A stretch of DNA of 63,812 bases, filler included, from Welwitschia mirabilis (GCA_051453625.1; 3 parts of one record of this genome joined end to end with filler, not necessarily neighbours in it); one strand, 5' to 3'; positions 25,900 through 40,009 are shown, numbered from the whole stretch's first letter. Notes: a model not told the origin generated them from the sequence alone. A program made the numbers and translations.

Positions 25900-28800
25900 G
25901 GTGCTACTAAAAACAACATATAAGTAGGGGTGGGCAAAGCAATTTCATGGGATCCACTGAAAAGGGAGAGAGAAACTTCTCATATACCCAAAACATGTAT
26001 GTCACATAGAAAACGGCTACTAAATAATTAATATGTAATATCAGTTTTGGTTTAATTAGTAAGTTGTAAAGCATGCATAGCCACGAGTACAATCACACTT
26101 CATATGTACATACTTTTACTAATAACTCTATCATGTAAATAGTGTCCACACTTCATATTTTATGATTACGCATATGATGATATTAATGCTCACAAAGTAA
26201 TACATTTAGTACATATAGGAAGGTTTGACTTCATGGATTGTATAGCTAGTTTGGAGGTTGAACCAAATACATAGTTTGGGGAAGGAAGGTCATAAGACAT
26301 ACTATGTAATATCTATCGAGGTGATTTATCTCTATGTACAAATGGTGGAATCAGCCACTACTACTTAATAGTATTGATTCACTTACACCAAATACAGGGT
26401 GAAACATGTTGTGTATTAGTCGACCATATGTGCATCAACTATGCAATAACCACAAGCTTAGTGGGCTCTTCATATGGATTACCATGGAAGTTATACAGTC
26501 GATTAACTGAACAACTATAACACGGTGGTTCTCCATAGTTAGGACTTAAGATTAGCAAGGTGGATAGAATCCACTAGTATTTGAACCTAAATGCACATAG
26601 CTACCATTTTATATAATTTAGGTTATCACAATTGATTACTATCAACCAATCCATTTATATAATGGATGTTTTAAGTGCTTATTGATTAAGGTAATGATTC
26701 ACCACTAGTATATTATTTCTTAAACTTGATTTGATGAAGAAACTACTGGCCTAAACCAGTATAAGTTCAATGCAAGGTTTTATGTACATGACTAGAGCTA
26801 GAGAAACTAGGGTAATGGTTCCAACGATACATTCCTCCTATGGGTTATCATGCCTCCTAGATTATCTAAGGCTACTACAATATATTGGTAAAAAGGACTT
26901 GGCTATGGCATCATAGGTATAGTATTGGCAATCAGCACAATAGGCATACATGCTACTTATGCCCCTGCTTATGTACTTTATATTCTTGAATACTCATTCT
27001 CCTAATCTACTAGCATACTAGGCTAAGAACATAAGTACCTTGACTTGGGTTAGGGGCCTATATACCCTAGGATCAAAGTATAGGCCCTAGTATATATGGT
27101 TTTATCAATATGTACATAGACTGTACCCATCTAGCGATTTACAACAATAGCATGAGTTAACCTATTATGATATGATATGGTGATTTAGTCTAAGCCAGCA
27201 TACTAGACCTATATATGATCCCACATATGTAGGATAACCATAATAGCACTGATTCCTAGGTAATTGAAAACAAACTAGTGTAGATACTACATATGTAGGT
27301 TACATAACCTCTACATTACCTAACACTTATTGAGTTGTCAATATTACTAAATTTCCCTACATGTATGATTCATGTCATTCAGTCTGGGTACAGGTCTAAT
27401 CAAGATTCCATAATTGGGTGAATGCTAGCTCCCTTACCTCACCATGTAACAATCATGTTTATGTGCACTCATCATCCTCTCTGTTAATGTGTGTGTTTGT
27501 CTAATCCCATTGTACAAGCATGTGCTATCATATGCTAACCTACAGTAGTGAATGAGGAATACACTTCATGGATTATGTGGATGCATAGCTAAGCAGACAA
27601 TTAATTTGAACCATCTACTATGTTGAGCTACAAGAAATAAGAATTCAGTCAAACCCGCTGGTCTTGATCATGTATTATACTTGTAATATGCTTATTTAAA
27701 TCATAAGTTCTAGTCATACTATACTCTAACTCTACTAAAACTAGGAACTAGTCAACCATTATAACAAAGAACAACTAGTTACTTAGGAATTTTATTTTGT
27801 ACCTAGTAGAATCCAAAAATACAAACGTGATTCATAGTATATAATAACCCATGGAATGAGACACAAGAAACCATTTTTACTTGATAACTTGCTTCACTAA
27901 TTACTCTGACTAGGTTCCTAATTGGAGTGCACATTCATGCATGAATCATCATCGAATTCGACCAATGTGGAGTAGGCATGTATAGCAAGCATTACTGAGC
28001 TAAGTGCACATATCATAGCAATGATATCATAGTGGTTGTAGGGCATATTGATGCATAGAACATTCATCAATCAATATCAACATACTACCACTAGTGAACT
28101 AGCATGGTTTATGTAGGGTTCATATGACATAGCTTGTGATCAATGGAAATAGCTACCCTAGTATACCATTATGATTGATACATAACTTTCTTATGATGTG
28201 ATTGTATCTTTGCTCACACTAGCGCATGCAATTAACATAGTGATGAGCCCATGCTACATCCTAGAGTGGCATATATAGGTCCCCCACCTTGTAAAGTTAT
28301 TCACTCTGAGTTGAAGCCCCAAGTAGCATAGAGTTATGTCACATCAGGGACATAGACAAGTACTAAACTCAACAACGTATAGTTTGTTGTATCTCTTTAG
28401 TAAAGGATTAAAAGCTAGTAGGGAATGGTTGCATATAAATATCAGAAGCTAATAAAGCCAACAAGGGGTAAGGAAATATTTCAACTGCAAGGGACAACCA
28501 TGAACCTAACCCAATAAGTTTTTCCTTCTTAACATTTAAAGTAAACCCCATTGTCATACATGTGAGTGAGGCTCCAATAGCCAACAAAGCACATGGGATG
28601 GGCCTGTTTCCCATGACCCCATAACATCACATGTCCTTATTAATTCTGGTATGTGTGAAGTATGTGGGCACTAGAACTTTGTATTCTGTTCCAGTGTATA
28701 TGACTATAAAGGCCAATAAGAAAAATATATTATATCCACAATCACCCACCACCATCTACTCATTAGTCCTAACCTTGAAAATTCATTTATACAGAGATGG

Positions 28801-30450
28801 TAGGCATATAGTCCTTAGGTTGACTACAACTTAGTCTCATGTAATAACTCGATGAAAGACAAGGATTGAATAACAGTAGAATATAAGTTACAAGCATGGC
28901 CATCATATAGCCATTAGGGATGCTCCATGAACCTGTCCCAACCTTAGTCAAGGCATTGGATTGATGCAATAACACTAGAACCTTGTACAATAATGTAGGA
29001 GGTTGGTGGGCTCAGTCAATGTAGCTATTAGATTTTGATTCACTGGTACAATGTACTATAATCAATGTCTTAGTAAGAAGTGACCTAAGTGAAGTGGATG
29101 GATGCCCCTATATGGGTTGACTTGGATTAATCCTAATGATGAAGGTTTTCTTAATTACGCAAGCTACATACGTAATCCATCCTAGGCTATGTACTACTTA
29201 AATATAGATTAGATATAAATATTAATTTAGATAGATAGATATCCTAACCCCATAAACTACCTTCATTCTGATGGAATATCTTACCACCCATCATACTTAT
29301 ATGTATCAGGTTAGGCCTACACAACACCCATTTAGTTTATTAATGGGCATAACCCCTAAATCATATGAGTTAATAACTTAGTCTACAGGTAGAGCTACCA
29401 GGGTTGTATGGATGGGTATGCACATGGTGCCAACATAATAGGGGCTCATATGCCATATCATATAATATACGAAGTTAACTGCATAAGGTTCCATACTTGA
29501 TGTATAACTTAATACCTGTAGAACCTAATACATAAGGGCATAACCCTCTTTCTTTACAACTGATATAAGGGGTTTAAAACACACTTACTTAATCCAATCC
29601 TTGTAAGTTGTTCTTAAGTATTGTAAGATATAAAGGGAAGGGGCTCATGATAATGGTGCTTGCCTCATAGCTATGATAGATTCCTATCATGTGTTGGTTT
29701 TTTATTAGCATTTGCTTCCATCTAGTCATTCCTCTTATCACATGAACTTCTACTTTCCACCAACATGACATTGGGTGGATTATAATATGTACTTTAATGG
29801 AACCTTTCTTAGGTGGGGTGGATGCACAAATAAATCACTATGTAACTTATTGTTTGTATAGTAATATACTAAGTTCCATCCACCAATCCTATGCACTCAA
29901 TGATGGGCTCTGCTAACATGCTTAGTGAGGGTTGTTACTCTATCTACATGATCTATTTTATTGCCACATACATATGCAAATACACTACATAAATACCTAT
30001 TGGAATGCTTGAATGACATCTCTTGACTCAAGGATATAGACCTCCTACATAATACTAGAGGACATGTCCCCTTATCATGTGATTAAGAAACAACCTCGCT
30101 TACTCAATCTACATAATGTTAGTGGTGTAGTACTATGTATCAGACATTAGTACATGTAACTATCCTATTATATGGATACTTGGGTGTCAGATATTTAGTG
30201 TCATTATCACTTCATTAATATACCTTACATTATAGCCAGATCTCGTCTTGAAAAATCATAGAAGTTATTATAGAAACATACATAAGAGTTCAAGCTGATA
30301 CTAGATTGATGATATCATATGTTAGTCATTAATGTCAGATAGTAGGTTGCCTCCCACTCCCAAGGGAACTCCCATATAATAATATAGGATGGATACACTA
30401 CACATTATTGTATTTAGAGGTACCTCTTATACAAGGGCTAACTAACTACA
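25900..30450 (-). pseudogene. Unassigned degenerate coding sequence (one or several ORFs)
   Basis: GC-richer than the flanks. Long minus-strand frames are broken mostly by isolated stops, e.g. LTEFLFLVAQHSRWFKLIVCLAMHPHNP*SVFLIHYCRLAYDSTCLYNGIRQ. No domain recognised. Confidence 0.45.
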
Positions 30451-30800
30451 TTTTTAAAATTTTGATGAAGTTTCATGGCAACAAATGGAGGTCCATCCAA
30501 GGAGAAAGATAACATTCTATATAACACATAGTTGAAACTATATACTAACACATAGTGAGATCTTCTACTTTTCTAAACATTTCATCAAAGATCAAGCTAT
30601 AGGGAGGTTAGTAGATTAAACAACAATAAATAATAACAATGATAAAGATGTTTTGAAAATATTAATCAAATACAAATAAGACATATCTTTTTCTACAAGG
30701 AAAAAAGTAATAGATTTCAAATTAAATAGTATCACTTTATAAATGAACTAGGTTTAAGAATTCAAACTTTTCATTTATGAATACTTTATTTTAGGTTAAT

Positions 30801-31715
30801 TTATCTAAAGAAACATTCATAACTATGGAAACCTATTCCTAAGATATTTATGTGAAAGTAGCAAACCCAAACAGAAAACAATCCTAGTAAAGCTACAAGT
30901 GTTGGCTTATTAGCTTCCCATCCCTTATTAAGTCTTATATAAATGTAATTTGTAAAACCTAACCAGGTAATTAGTACCCAAATTTCTTTAGGATCCTAAC
31001 TCTAATATGATCTCCATGCTTCGTTGCACCATACTTCTTTAGAAAGAATATCAATGGTTAAAAAAGTAAACCTAATTACTATTGTACAGTAACTAAGATT
31101 ATCAATTTGATGAAAAATTTAAGACTTACAAAAATTTTTGAATGAATAAGGATGAAAGATTTCCTTTTATTTTCATATGAATATTCTTTTTTAAAATAAA
31201 GAGTTAAAAAAGATTTTTTTTTCAAGATTCATTTCTAAAAGAGCTATTAATGATAACGATCCACGTAAAAGAGTTACATAATCAAACACATAATAGTTAC
31301 ATGTATTATTAACTGGTAAGACTATAAAGTGGATATTAATCTTTATAATTATTACATTTTTATTAAAATAATTAAAGTAGCAAATGCATGAGTAAACAAA
31401 GCACTTGGTGCAGTTATTACATTGATTCATTAAGTATTGAGATTTTTAATATTAATAAAAAAGAAATCAAACAAAAGTTCTAAGAAAAAAATGTTAAATA
31501 TTCATACAAATTACTTAAAGATAAATGTCTTAAGAAAAACCAGTGAATGATTAAATTTAACGTTATAAACGAGAAAAGAAAAATAATACCCTTTTTATGG
31601 AATTACTTAATTTATTAACCAAATACACTAAAGTTCCTCCAAAAACAAGAGTAATTACTGAAATAAAAGAAAAATAGATTTGGGTTAATATATGCTCTAA
31701 ATTTATCAATATCAT
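30801..31715 (-). pseudogene. ccsA: Plastid cytochrome c biogenesis gene, full-length decayed NUPT
   Basis: N-terminus MILINLEHILTQI, then ITAPSALFTHAFATL and DYVTLLRGSLSLIALL. The WWD region reads [23 protein letters not shown] and the C-terminus ILGIGFHSY. The start is repeated after the gap at 32356-32399. Confidence 0.92.
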
Positions 31716-32400
31716 ATTAATTAACGTTTGTAGTATTTATAATAAAACTTTCAACCTGGAAAAAAAAATATACTGAGAGNNNNNNNNNNNNNNNNNNNNN
31801 NNNNNNNNNNNNNNNNNNNNNNNNNNNNNNNNNNNNNNNNNNNNNNNNNNNNNNNNNNNNNNNNNNNNNNNNNNNNNNNNNNNNNNNNNNNNNNNNNNNN
31901 NNNNNNNNNNNNNNNNNNNNNNNNNNNNNNNNNNNNNNNNNNNNNNNNNNNNNNNNNNNNNNNNNNNNNNNNNNNNNNNNNNNNNNNNNNNNNNNNNNNN
32001 NNNNNNNNNNNNNNNNNNNNNNNNNNNNNNNNNNNNNNNNNNNNNNNNNNNNNNNNNNNNNNNNNNNNNNNNNNNNNNNNNNNNNNNNNNNNNNNNNNNN
32101 NNNNNNNNNNNNNNNNNNNNNNNNNNNNNNNNNNNNNNNNNNNNNNNNNNNNNNNNNNNNNNNNNNNNNNNNNNNNNNNNNNNNNNNNNNNNNNNNNNNN
32201 NNNNNNNNNNNNNNNNNNNNNNNNNNNNNNNNNNNNNNNNNNNNNNNNNNNNNNNNNNNNNNNNNNNNNNNNNNNNNNNNNNNNNNNNNNNNNNNNNNNN
32301 NNNNNNNNNNNNNNNNNNNNNNNNNNNNNNNNNNNNNNNNNNNNNNNNNNNNNNNATGCTCTAAATTTATCAATATCATATTAATTAATGTTTGTAGTAA

Positions 32401-34245
32401 TAAGTAATTTTTGGAAGTAATGGAGCAAATTCACTTCAGCTGCACAAGGAAACTCAAGGGAATTATGATCCTCATAAACAAGAAGGTAGACTTCGTTTAT
32501 AGTAGTAAACACACCTAACAATCTACCTCAAGAAAGAAGGATGGACCATTACAAATGTGTACAACCCTCATAATAACATAGACAAAGCTTTAATGCTGAC
32601 AAAACTTCAAAACATAGTTGTAAAAAAAGCTTAATGGATAGTTATGAAGGATTTTAACCAATGCCTCTACAAATGGAAAAATATAGAGGGTGAGAATTGG
32701 AATAGCAAGGATGCTAAGATCATTAGAGACTTCATTATGCAAGGAGATCTCATGAATAATCCAATCATAGGTTGCAAATCCACATGATCCAATAGACAAA
32801 TTAAAGGTAATCAAGTTATGTATAGAATCGATAAAACTCTAATTAAAATAGAAATAACTAAGATAACTATTAAAGCATGATGTCTAAGCAAAATAGCTTC
32901 TGATCATAGACTTATCAATTTTAGAATTGGTACAGAATTATCTCTTAGATTCTTCTTTAAAATGAAACAATATTAGATCTTAAGAAAAGACATTAAGAGA
33001 ATGGTTAAAAATATTTGGGACTAATATAATAGTACCCAACCAATCAACTTTTTTTTCAAGAGGTTAAACACTCTTAAGACTTATCTTAATGGATGGAGAC
33101 AGAAAGACAGAGAGAGATTTAAGTCTAAGAATGAATTGGAGCAAGAATTACAACAAATCCAAGAAAACTAGAAACATGAAGACTGAGAAAGCCTTTACAG
33201 CAAGGAATATAAATTTCTTTTAGAATTACAGGAAATAAACTTAGATGAAGAGCATTACTAAAAGGAAAAATCTAAGATTAAGTGACTAAAAGAAGGAGAC
33301 AAGCATACTAAATTATCCTTCCAATAGGATAACCAAAATAAGATAGATAACATAATTAGAAAGCTTACAATTAAAATAAGAGTAATTGAAAATGAAGAGG
33401 ACATTATTACAAAAACACAAACTCATCTTAAGAACATATGGAAATGGGAAGATATTGCCTCAAAACTTATTTAAGTAGATAAGAAAATTTATAATGAGGA
33501 TAATGCAAGCCTAAATAATCCTATAGATAGGAAAGAAGTATAGGCAACATTTAATCAATGAAGAATAAGGAAAGAAGTATAGGCAAAATTTAATCAATGA
33601 AGAATAATATAGCCCTAGGGCCAGATAGGTGGCTAGTAGAGGCTTAGTTCTCCCTCATGAGAAATAACCTTCATAACATTATGTAAGACATATTCAGTAA
33701 TAAGTACATTTCAGTAGAGATGAATAGGCTCTAAGTTATTTTCATCCCAAAGAAATGAGAACCCAATAAATTAGAGGACTACAAATCCCTAGGTGTTTAT
33801 AATGTTCTCTATAGAATGTTTGTAAAAATAATGGTAGGCCATATTATCCTCTTACTCCCTCAGGTGATCTCTAAGAATCAAGCTAGCTTCATTCGATCCA
33901 GATACATTTAGGACCCAAATCATTCTAACTCACAAAATAATTCATTATGTCAAAAAACATAAATTTCCTTTACTTCTTGCTAACTTATATAATAAAAAGT
34001 TTATGATTCTATGAACTAGAAAGCCTTAGATTATGTCTTAAGAAAAACTAAATTTAACTATGATATCATTAACTTATAACTTAACAGGTAAGTTTTAGCT
34101 AAATTTAGTGTAGAGATTAACAACCATAGATCTAATTTTTTTAAGAGGTTACATATTAAGGCAGGTGGATTCCCTATCCCCCTACCTCTTCTTTTTTGTT
34201 ATGAATGTTTTATAGGGGACGCTTAAAAGGAATGGAATTACTAGT
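32401..34245 (+). mobile_element. L1 copy 2, continuation (ORF2 EN and RT to motif B)
   Basis: Resumes exactly where 21840 stops relative to copy 1. Motifs include ASDHRLI, KSKIK*LKEGDKHTK, ALGPDR and RQVDSLSPYLF. Confidence 0.88.
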
Positions 34246-34564
34246 GTGATGGCAGTGTGTCACGTCCACATTTTTGCTTTTATTATAAATTTGCAGGTTT
34301 ATGTTTAATGAAATATTTGAAAAATATTTAATTACTTGAAACCCCAATTATGATAATTATCATGTTCTTGAAATTTTATATTATTGGATTACAATATGAA
34401 TATTATTTTATGTGAATGTTTGTACCCAATCTTTATATGCTCTTGTGGTGAAAATGATATCTTTNNNNNNNNNNNNNNNNNNNNNNNNNNNNNNNNNNNN
34501 NNNNNNNNTTAATTAATTAANNNNNNNNNNNNNNNNNNNNNNNNNNNNNNNNNNNNNNNNNNNN

Positions 34565-36986
34565 ATCTAGGCCAAGTTTGATTCACTTTCACTAACTCTT
34601 CCAACACTATCTAAGCATTTTCTAAGGTAAGGTTCATTAAATTTCCTCCACACAAAAGATTAACAAGTTGCTTAGTTTGACTATTGAATCCACTATAAAA
34701 GTAGTCTACTAGTTCTTCTTAAGAAAAAGTATCTATAGGGTTTGAATGTAAAGCAAAGAAAAATATCTCATAAGTAGAGGCATGATTTGTATTAGGATAT
34801 TTTTGAAAGTTAGTTACTTCTTTCTTACTTTTTCTAATGATAATTTTACTCATAAATCTTTTAATGGAAAAATAACAATGTAAGTTCTATTACTTTTTTT
34901 TTTTTTTTTTAAACCATTTCCTAAAGTGAGCACTAACTATTCAATGTTGGCAATGTGTTGTAAAGAATCTTCGTCATGTTCACCTCTAAAAATGGGATAA
35001 GCATTTAGATTTCTAAGTTTGACATCATCACTAGGAGGTACATCAAAAGGGATTTGAATTTTACATCTTTTATTAGCAATCAGTTCTCTAAGAATGACAT
35101 TAGCATTAGGATTTAGAAGTATACTCATGAGGGTTCCAATAACAATTGGCGGATTAAGCGAAGTGACTTACTTTTAATTTTGCAATGAATTACACATATT
35201 TAAAAATTAAAAACTATTATTGAAATAATATTCTAAAAATTTTTCTTTTGCAAAATCATATTTTAAAGAAATAAATCTAGAAATTTTTGGAATTTTTAAA
35301 ACTTGCATACCTTGGGTATGCGTTCTTGAGTTAAATTCAAAGTCAATCAAATCTTCTTAGATGTTTTTTTCTATGAACAACCTCTCTTTCTAATATTTTC
35401 TTTCTTATCAAATGTTACCATCTCCTAGCATGCTTATTTTTAATGTTTAGTGCATCATTCCTATGGTTGTCCAAATGATAGTCTGGATAATAGAAACATA
35501 GAAAACACAAAAAATGAAAATTGAAAAAAGCAAAGACACAAAATAATAGATACAAAAAACTAATTGTCATCCTTTTGAGTCATATGGATGATATATGAGA
35601 TGATAAGAAAACCCTAAAATTTTTTAAGAAAGCAAAATACTAAAAAAATCAAGGCATAAAGACCATTTTTGCCACATGTTGTCTAGATGATGAAGTAAAT
35701 AATAAAGTGCTTATTTTTTAATGTGAAAAATAGAACTACAAAAATAAAACCTACACTTCTATAATTAAAAATACAATGCTACTATAGGCAAGCATCTAAA
35801 TCAAATTCCAAACACTCACCAGAGCAATGACAACTTTTAAACTCCAAGTAGCCTTTCTCTACAATGGTACTAAGATGTTGTAATGTGTATTTGTGCAAAC
35901 TATTACGCTCAAGAATATTCTATTATTTACAAATAGATGTAGATATTTTACACAATACAACATACTAATATAGATGGAAGTGGACCTAAATCTTGTAATT
36001 TGTTGAAGCCCTAAATGAGAAGAAAGAGAACTGATTTCAAAAAGAAATAGTTACTATTCTAGCAGTAGAAATACATTACAATGCAAAAAAGGATAATGTA
36101 ACACACTTATGTAAAGTTAATCTATAAAAGAAAAGAATAGTACACTTAAACTAATAATTCTCAACCTTGACAAAGGTTACCCTCATAACCTATATCACTT
36201 AAGAAACTATTACAGAATCAGAAGCAATATAAACTATAAGGGATAAGTAACAATAAACATAGGAAATGAAAAAGAGTTCTTTATATTAATCTTGAATTAC
36301 ATTGTATTACAAAGCAGCTACTTCTCAATGGAGGAAATACAACCCAACATTAAGGAAGGCATCTCTCTGCAACTATTAAGAATGGATCTCTGGCCCTTCA
36401 ATGTTCTATCATAAGAATTCCAAGCGTAAGTGAAGATTGGATGGAGTCAAAGGCAAAATCAATACTTATTGACAAGTAGACTTACAAATAATAAAATAAA
36501 TAAATAGGCATGGGCACAACCCTAACAGTCATGTAATAAATACAAATACAAATAGCAAAAGTTAGGTAAATGTTTAGTTGAGCATAATAACAGATGTTAT
36601 CTTACTAGTCGTCTAGATGATATAAGGGACGATGCCACCTCATAAGTATTCCATGTTATCTATCAAATTGATTACATTCATCATTCTCATTAACTTAACT
36701 GTTCCATCATCTATACAGTTGTCCAGATGATGAAGTGGATGATAGTTTTTTAATAAGTTTTTATGTAATGCATTACTCTCAATATTTGCAGGAAGTTCGC
36801 TTCAAAATAGGAATTATTGTGAACTGCTCTAAATGCTGTAAAATGTTATGAAAATTACATGTTTTTGAATCTTTCATCTAAACTCTACATTATCTTTAAA
36901 ATCTAGTATAAACCTACCTAATATCCTATAAAACTACTCAAAATACCCTATCAAATATATGCAAGTTAGCAGCGTAATATCCACCA
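34565..36986 (-). mobile_element. Family A copy 3: gag (~35150-34565), PBS (~35855-35872), 5' LTR (35876-36986)
   Basis: gag reads ILRELIANKRCKIQIPFDVPPSDDVKLRNLNAYPIFRGEHDEDSLQHI. LTR end reads CAACA-TCT-TAGTACCATTGT. Confidence 0.85.
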
Positions 36987-38424
36987 AGAAAAGGGAAAGG
37001 CTAACATTGAAGAAAAGAAATACTTCTCAAATGAATGAGAAATAAATTTACCTATAACAAATGAAGTTAAACATTTGAAGAATTAAGCTATCACATCTTA
37101 TGATGAGCAATGTAATGAACTACTTAAGCTCATTTATAAAGAACTTAAAACTCCTTCGTATGGGATTCCAGATGTCATTCATAATATAGTGTGAAGAAAC
37201 AATATATAACCTCACTCATTGAAAATCTTCTTCAAAATTTCAGTGTTACTGATCCCAATAAATAAAAGCATGCTTCTTATGAGATTAGTCCATAGCTTAT
37301 TTAATGATCATCCCATCTAACTGACCTACTTAATAAATTTAAGTAAGGAATGACTGAATCTTTGATACTAAGCTAGGTATCAAGAAAAGAAGAGATCTAT
37401 CTACATAAGAACTCAAATGTGTAGAGACCATATAGGGAGGAGCTAACATATGTGGAGTAGTGAATAAAATAAAAGGTTGAATACTAATATGGCTCATAAA
37501 ATCCTAAGGACTAAAAGAAGATGTTATAGAAAAATCATTTACCTGCAAAAATAACTCAACATCAATCACCCCATTAGGACAATCTCCCTCAAATTTAGTT
37601 AGTGACAAAATGGCTAAGCCAGATAATAAGGAAAAACTAGTAAGATCACTTACTTTGACACCCAAGTAGATGATTTTACAATCATTCATGCTAAATTTTT
37701 TTCTTTCATAAATAAAAGTCTAATAAGGAGTATTGGGAGGATACTAGAAAAGGACATAACAAGTAAAGTAAATCCTAAGTCATAAATCAAGAAAGTAGAA
37801 AAATATAATCACTTACTTCTACCTTTGAACAATGCTTGTACTTCATTGGGTGGAATGGAATCATGAGATGAAGTAGAAAGCAGAAGAACCTTTTCCTTTC
37901 ATTGAGACTAAGAGTTTCAAGATAAAGATTTTTCTTGAGTATTTAATTATGAAAACAAGTAATTTAGTAATTAAAAAAAAAGAATAACTTTAATAAAGAA
38001 TAAGGTATAACTTTTGAAAATAAATACCTTATTAGAAAACATAGCACTAGTGAATGAATAAACAAGATTACCCTTCTCATTAGAATAAGGGTTATCTTCA
38101 TAAGGATAGAGAATAAAGGCATTACAATTATAGGAGGAAGGTCCATTTACTAAATATTTAAAGGATGTATCATCATAAAAAGAAAAATACAAGAAGAGAA
38201 GAACCCCTTCATAAGTCATAAGACCACTATCATACTTATATTTTTCCTATCAAGAAATATGAATCTTTGAAACTTTATTTAATTATATTGATAAGAAGGT
38301 TTCACTCACTATAGATAGTAGTTGTAGTAATAACTTAATTTTGTCTATTATAGTAGAGAAGTTGTAGTTGCATGTTATTAGTTATCCTTATTCTTATAAA
38401 ATTTTTAGCTTTGAAATAGATATT
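36987..38424 (+). mobile_element. CRM-like chromovirus gag/protease remnant, left part
   Basis: NLFETLF..VSLTIDSSCSNNLILSIIVEKL*LHVISYPYSY matches the CRM protease pattern IIDSGSC.N..S..VEKL.L....HP.PY. Confidence 0.65.
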
Positions 38425-39599
38425 TGATAAGGATGAATTTTATGTAAATCTTGCTTATTAATGAAGTGTTTCTCATTATCTCAACTACGTATTTTGTCTA
38501 TAAATAGATATTTTTATCTATCTTTATGCTTACTAATTAATATATTAGTTAGTTAGTACATTAGTATATTAGTAGGCTAGTATGCATATATTTATACAAG
38601 ATGTCAAGTGGTATGAAGATGAGAGAAAAGGTCAAGGTAGTGAATCATCATAATAACCCCAATCATATACCTATTTCCCAAGAGTGAAGAATGGAAATAG
38701 AAAAACTAACAAGAGTATAAGAATATGATCACCATCAAAGGTAAATATCTTTTTGGCAAAAAGGTTCTAAGAATAGACAAGGCAAAGAGGTCAAGTTAGC
38801 AAACTCCATTTAGCATACAAAGATGTCAGTAGCATTTTCTTATACTTCATAGTGTTACTTGTAAAAGAGAACATAGTTGTTAGCTCATCTTTATGTAACA
38901 ATTGGTATTTCAATATAAAGCTAAAAAGCATTTGAGTATCATTATGTGCATATTTTATTGCTTGAAAAAATAATATTATTTCTATCTTACTCCTATTTGT
39001 GTAGCTAAATATAAACTAAGATAATTTCAGTACTTAGAAGTAAGTATTACTTAATATTCCATTTAATTTTTATCATGTTTTATTTCTTTCATTATTCCCC
39101 TTTACTGTAATATATTTACATAGTAATTAAGATTTAATAAATAACCTGACTCGTTCAAGTAACTTCATCACAAGACTATTGTAATGATGAATTTTGAACT
39201 AAATGTAGGTCTCATATAGTTCTTTAGTAAGTCTTTAATGTATTTTATTTAATGATGTGTATTTATTTCAGGTTAGTAATAGTATAGTTTTTACATTTTT
39301 CAGCATTATTTTATAGTTTCTAATATTATTTTGTAATATTTTCTATACTTATTTTATCATATAAGCTACCCATCATTTTGATGTTAGAAGGAGGATCACT
39401 CTAAAGTCGACTATCAAGATGATGAAAAGTGTCATGCAATAAGATGGTCAAGGAAAATGATAAGATGAAAGAGGTAGATACATTAAAGATCACATAAATA
39501 TGATCTAGATCAATAGACTGGAAGTACTGTTAAATTAGAGGTAGAAGAAGATGATTTTATAGAAGATGAAGTGATCTTAGAAAAGATGGTAAAACGCCA

Positions 39600-40009
39600 A
39601 ATCTTTCCTAAATTGATGATTGAATCTTAGCAATGATTACATAGCATTCTTACATCACCCCATTCATAAGAAGAATATTGTCAAATAGTTCAAGTTAGAA
39701 AACGTAAAAAGAGATTTATAACAAGATGTTATTGGGAATATGATGGAGATTCAAGACCATTAAATCATAATACCCACTAATTAGATGATTTAAGTCCTAT
39801 CAATCCTATAGCCTCACAGTAACCAGATAAAGTAAGAAACATAAATATTACCATGATATCTACTTTTAAAGGTAAAAAATCAAAGGAATTCCTATTACAC
39901 TTAAGCTTATTTGATGCTTTTTGTAAAGCTAATTATCTTGATACAAAATTTAACTTTTTGAGATATTTTCCTTTTTCCTTAAAAGGAGATACTTAGTTAT
40001 GGTAGCATA
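39600..40009 (+). pseudogene. gag: Family B gag remnant
   Basis: STFKGKKSKEFLLHLSLFDAFCK...LRYFPFSLKGDT*LW. Confidence 0.8.

Noticed and set aside
28150-28460. Penelope-like RT motifs (FISF*YLYATIP ... GCSMGSSLC) on the minus strand
   Set aside because: No catalytic Asp in motif A and no YxDD. An overlapping frame looks more like the true coding frame, so this is probably chance.
32390-32400. TTTGTAGTA as a CACTA or Helitron end for the mosaic insert
   Set aside because: The same sequence occurs upstream of ccsA at ~31727-31735, so it is plastid-derived.
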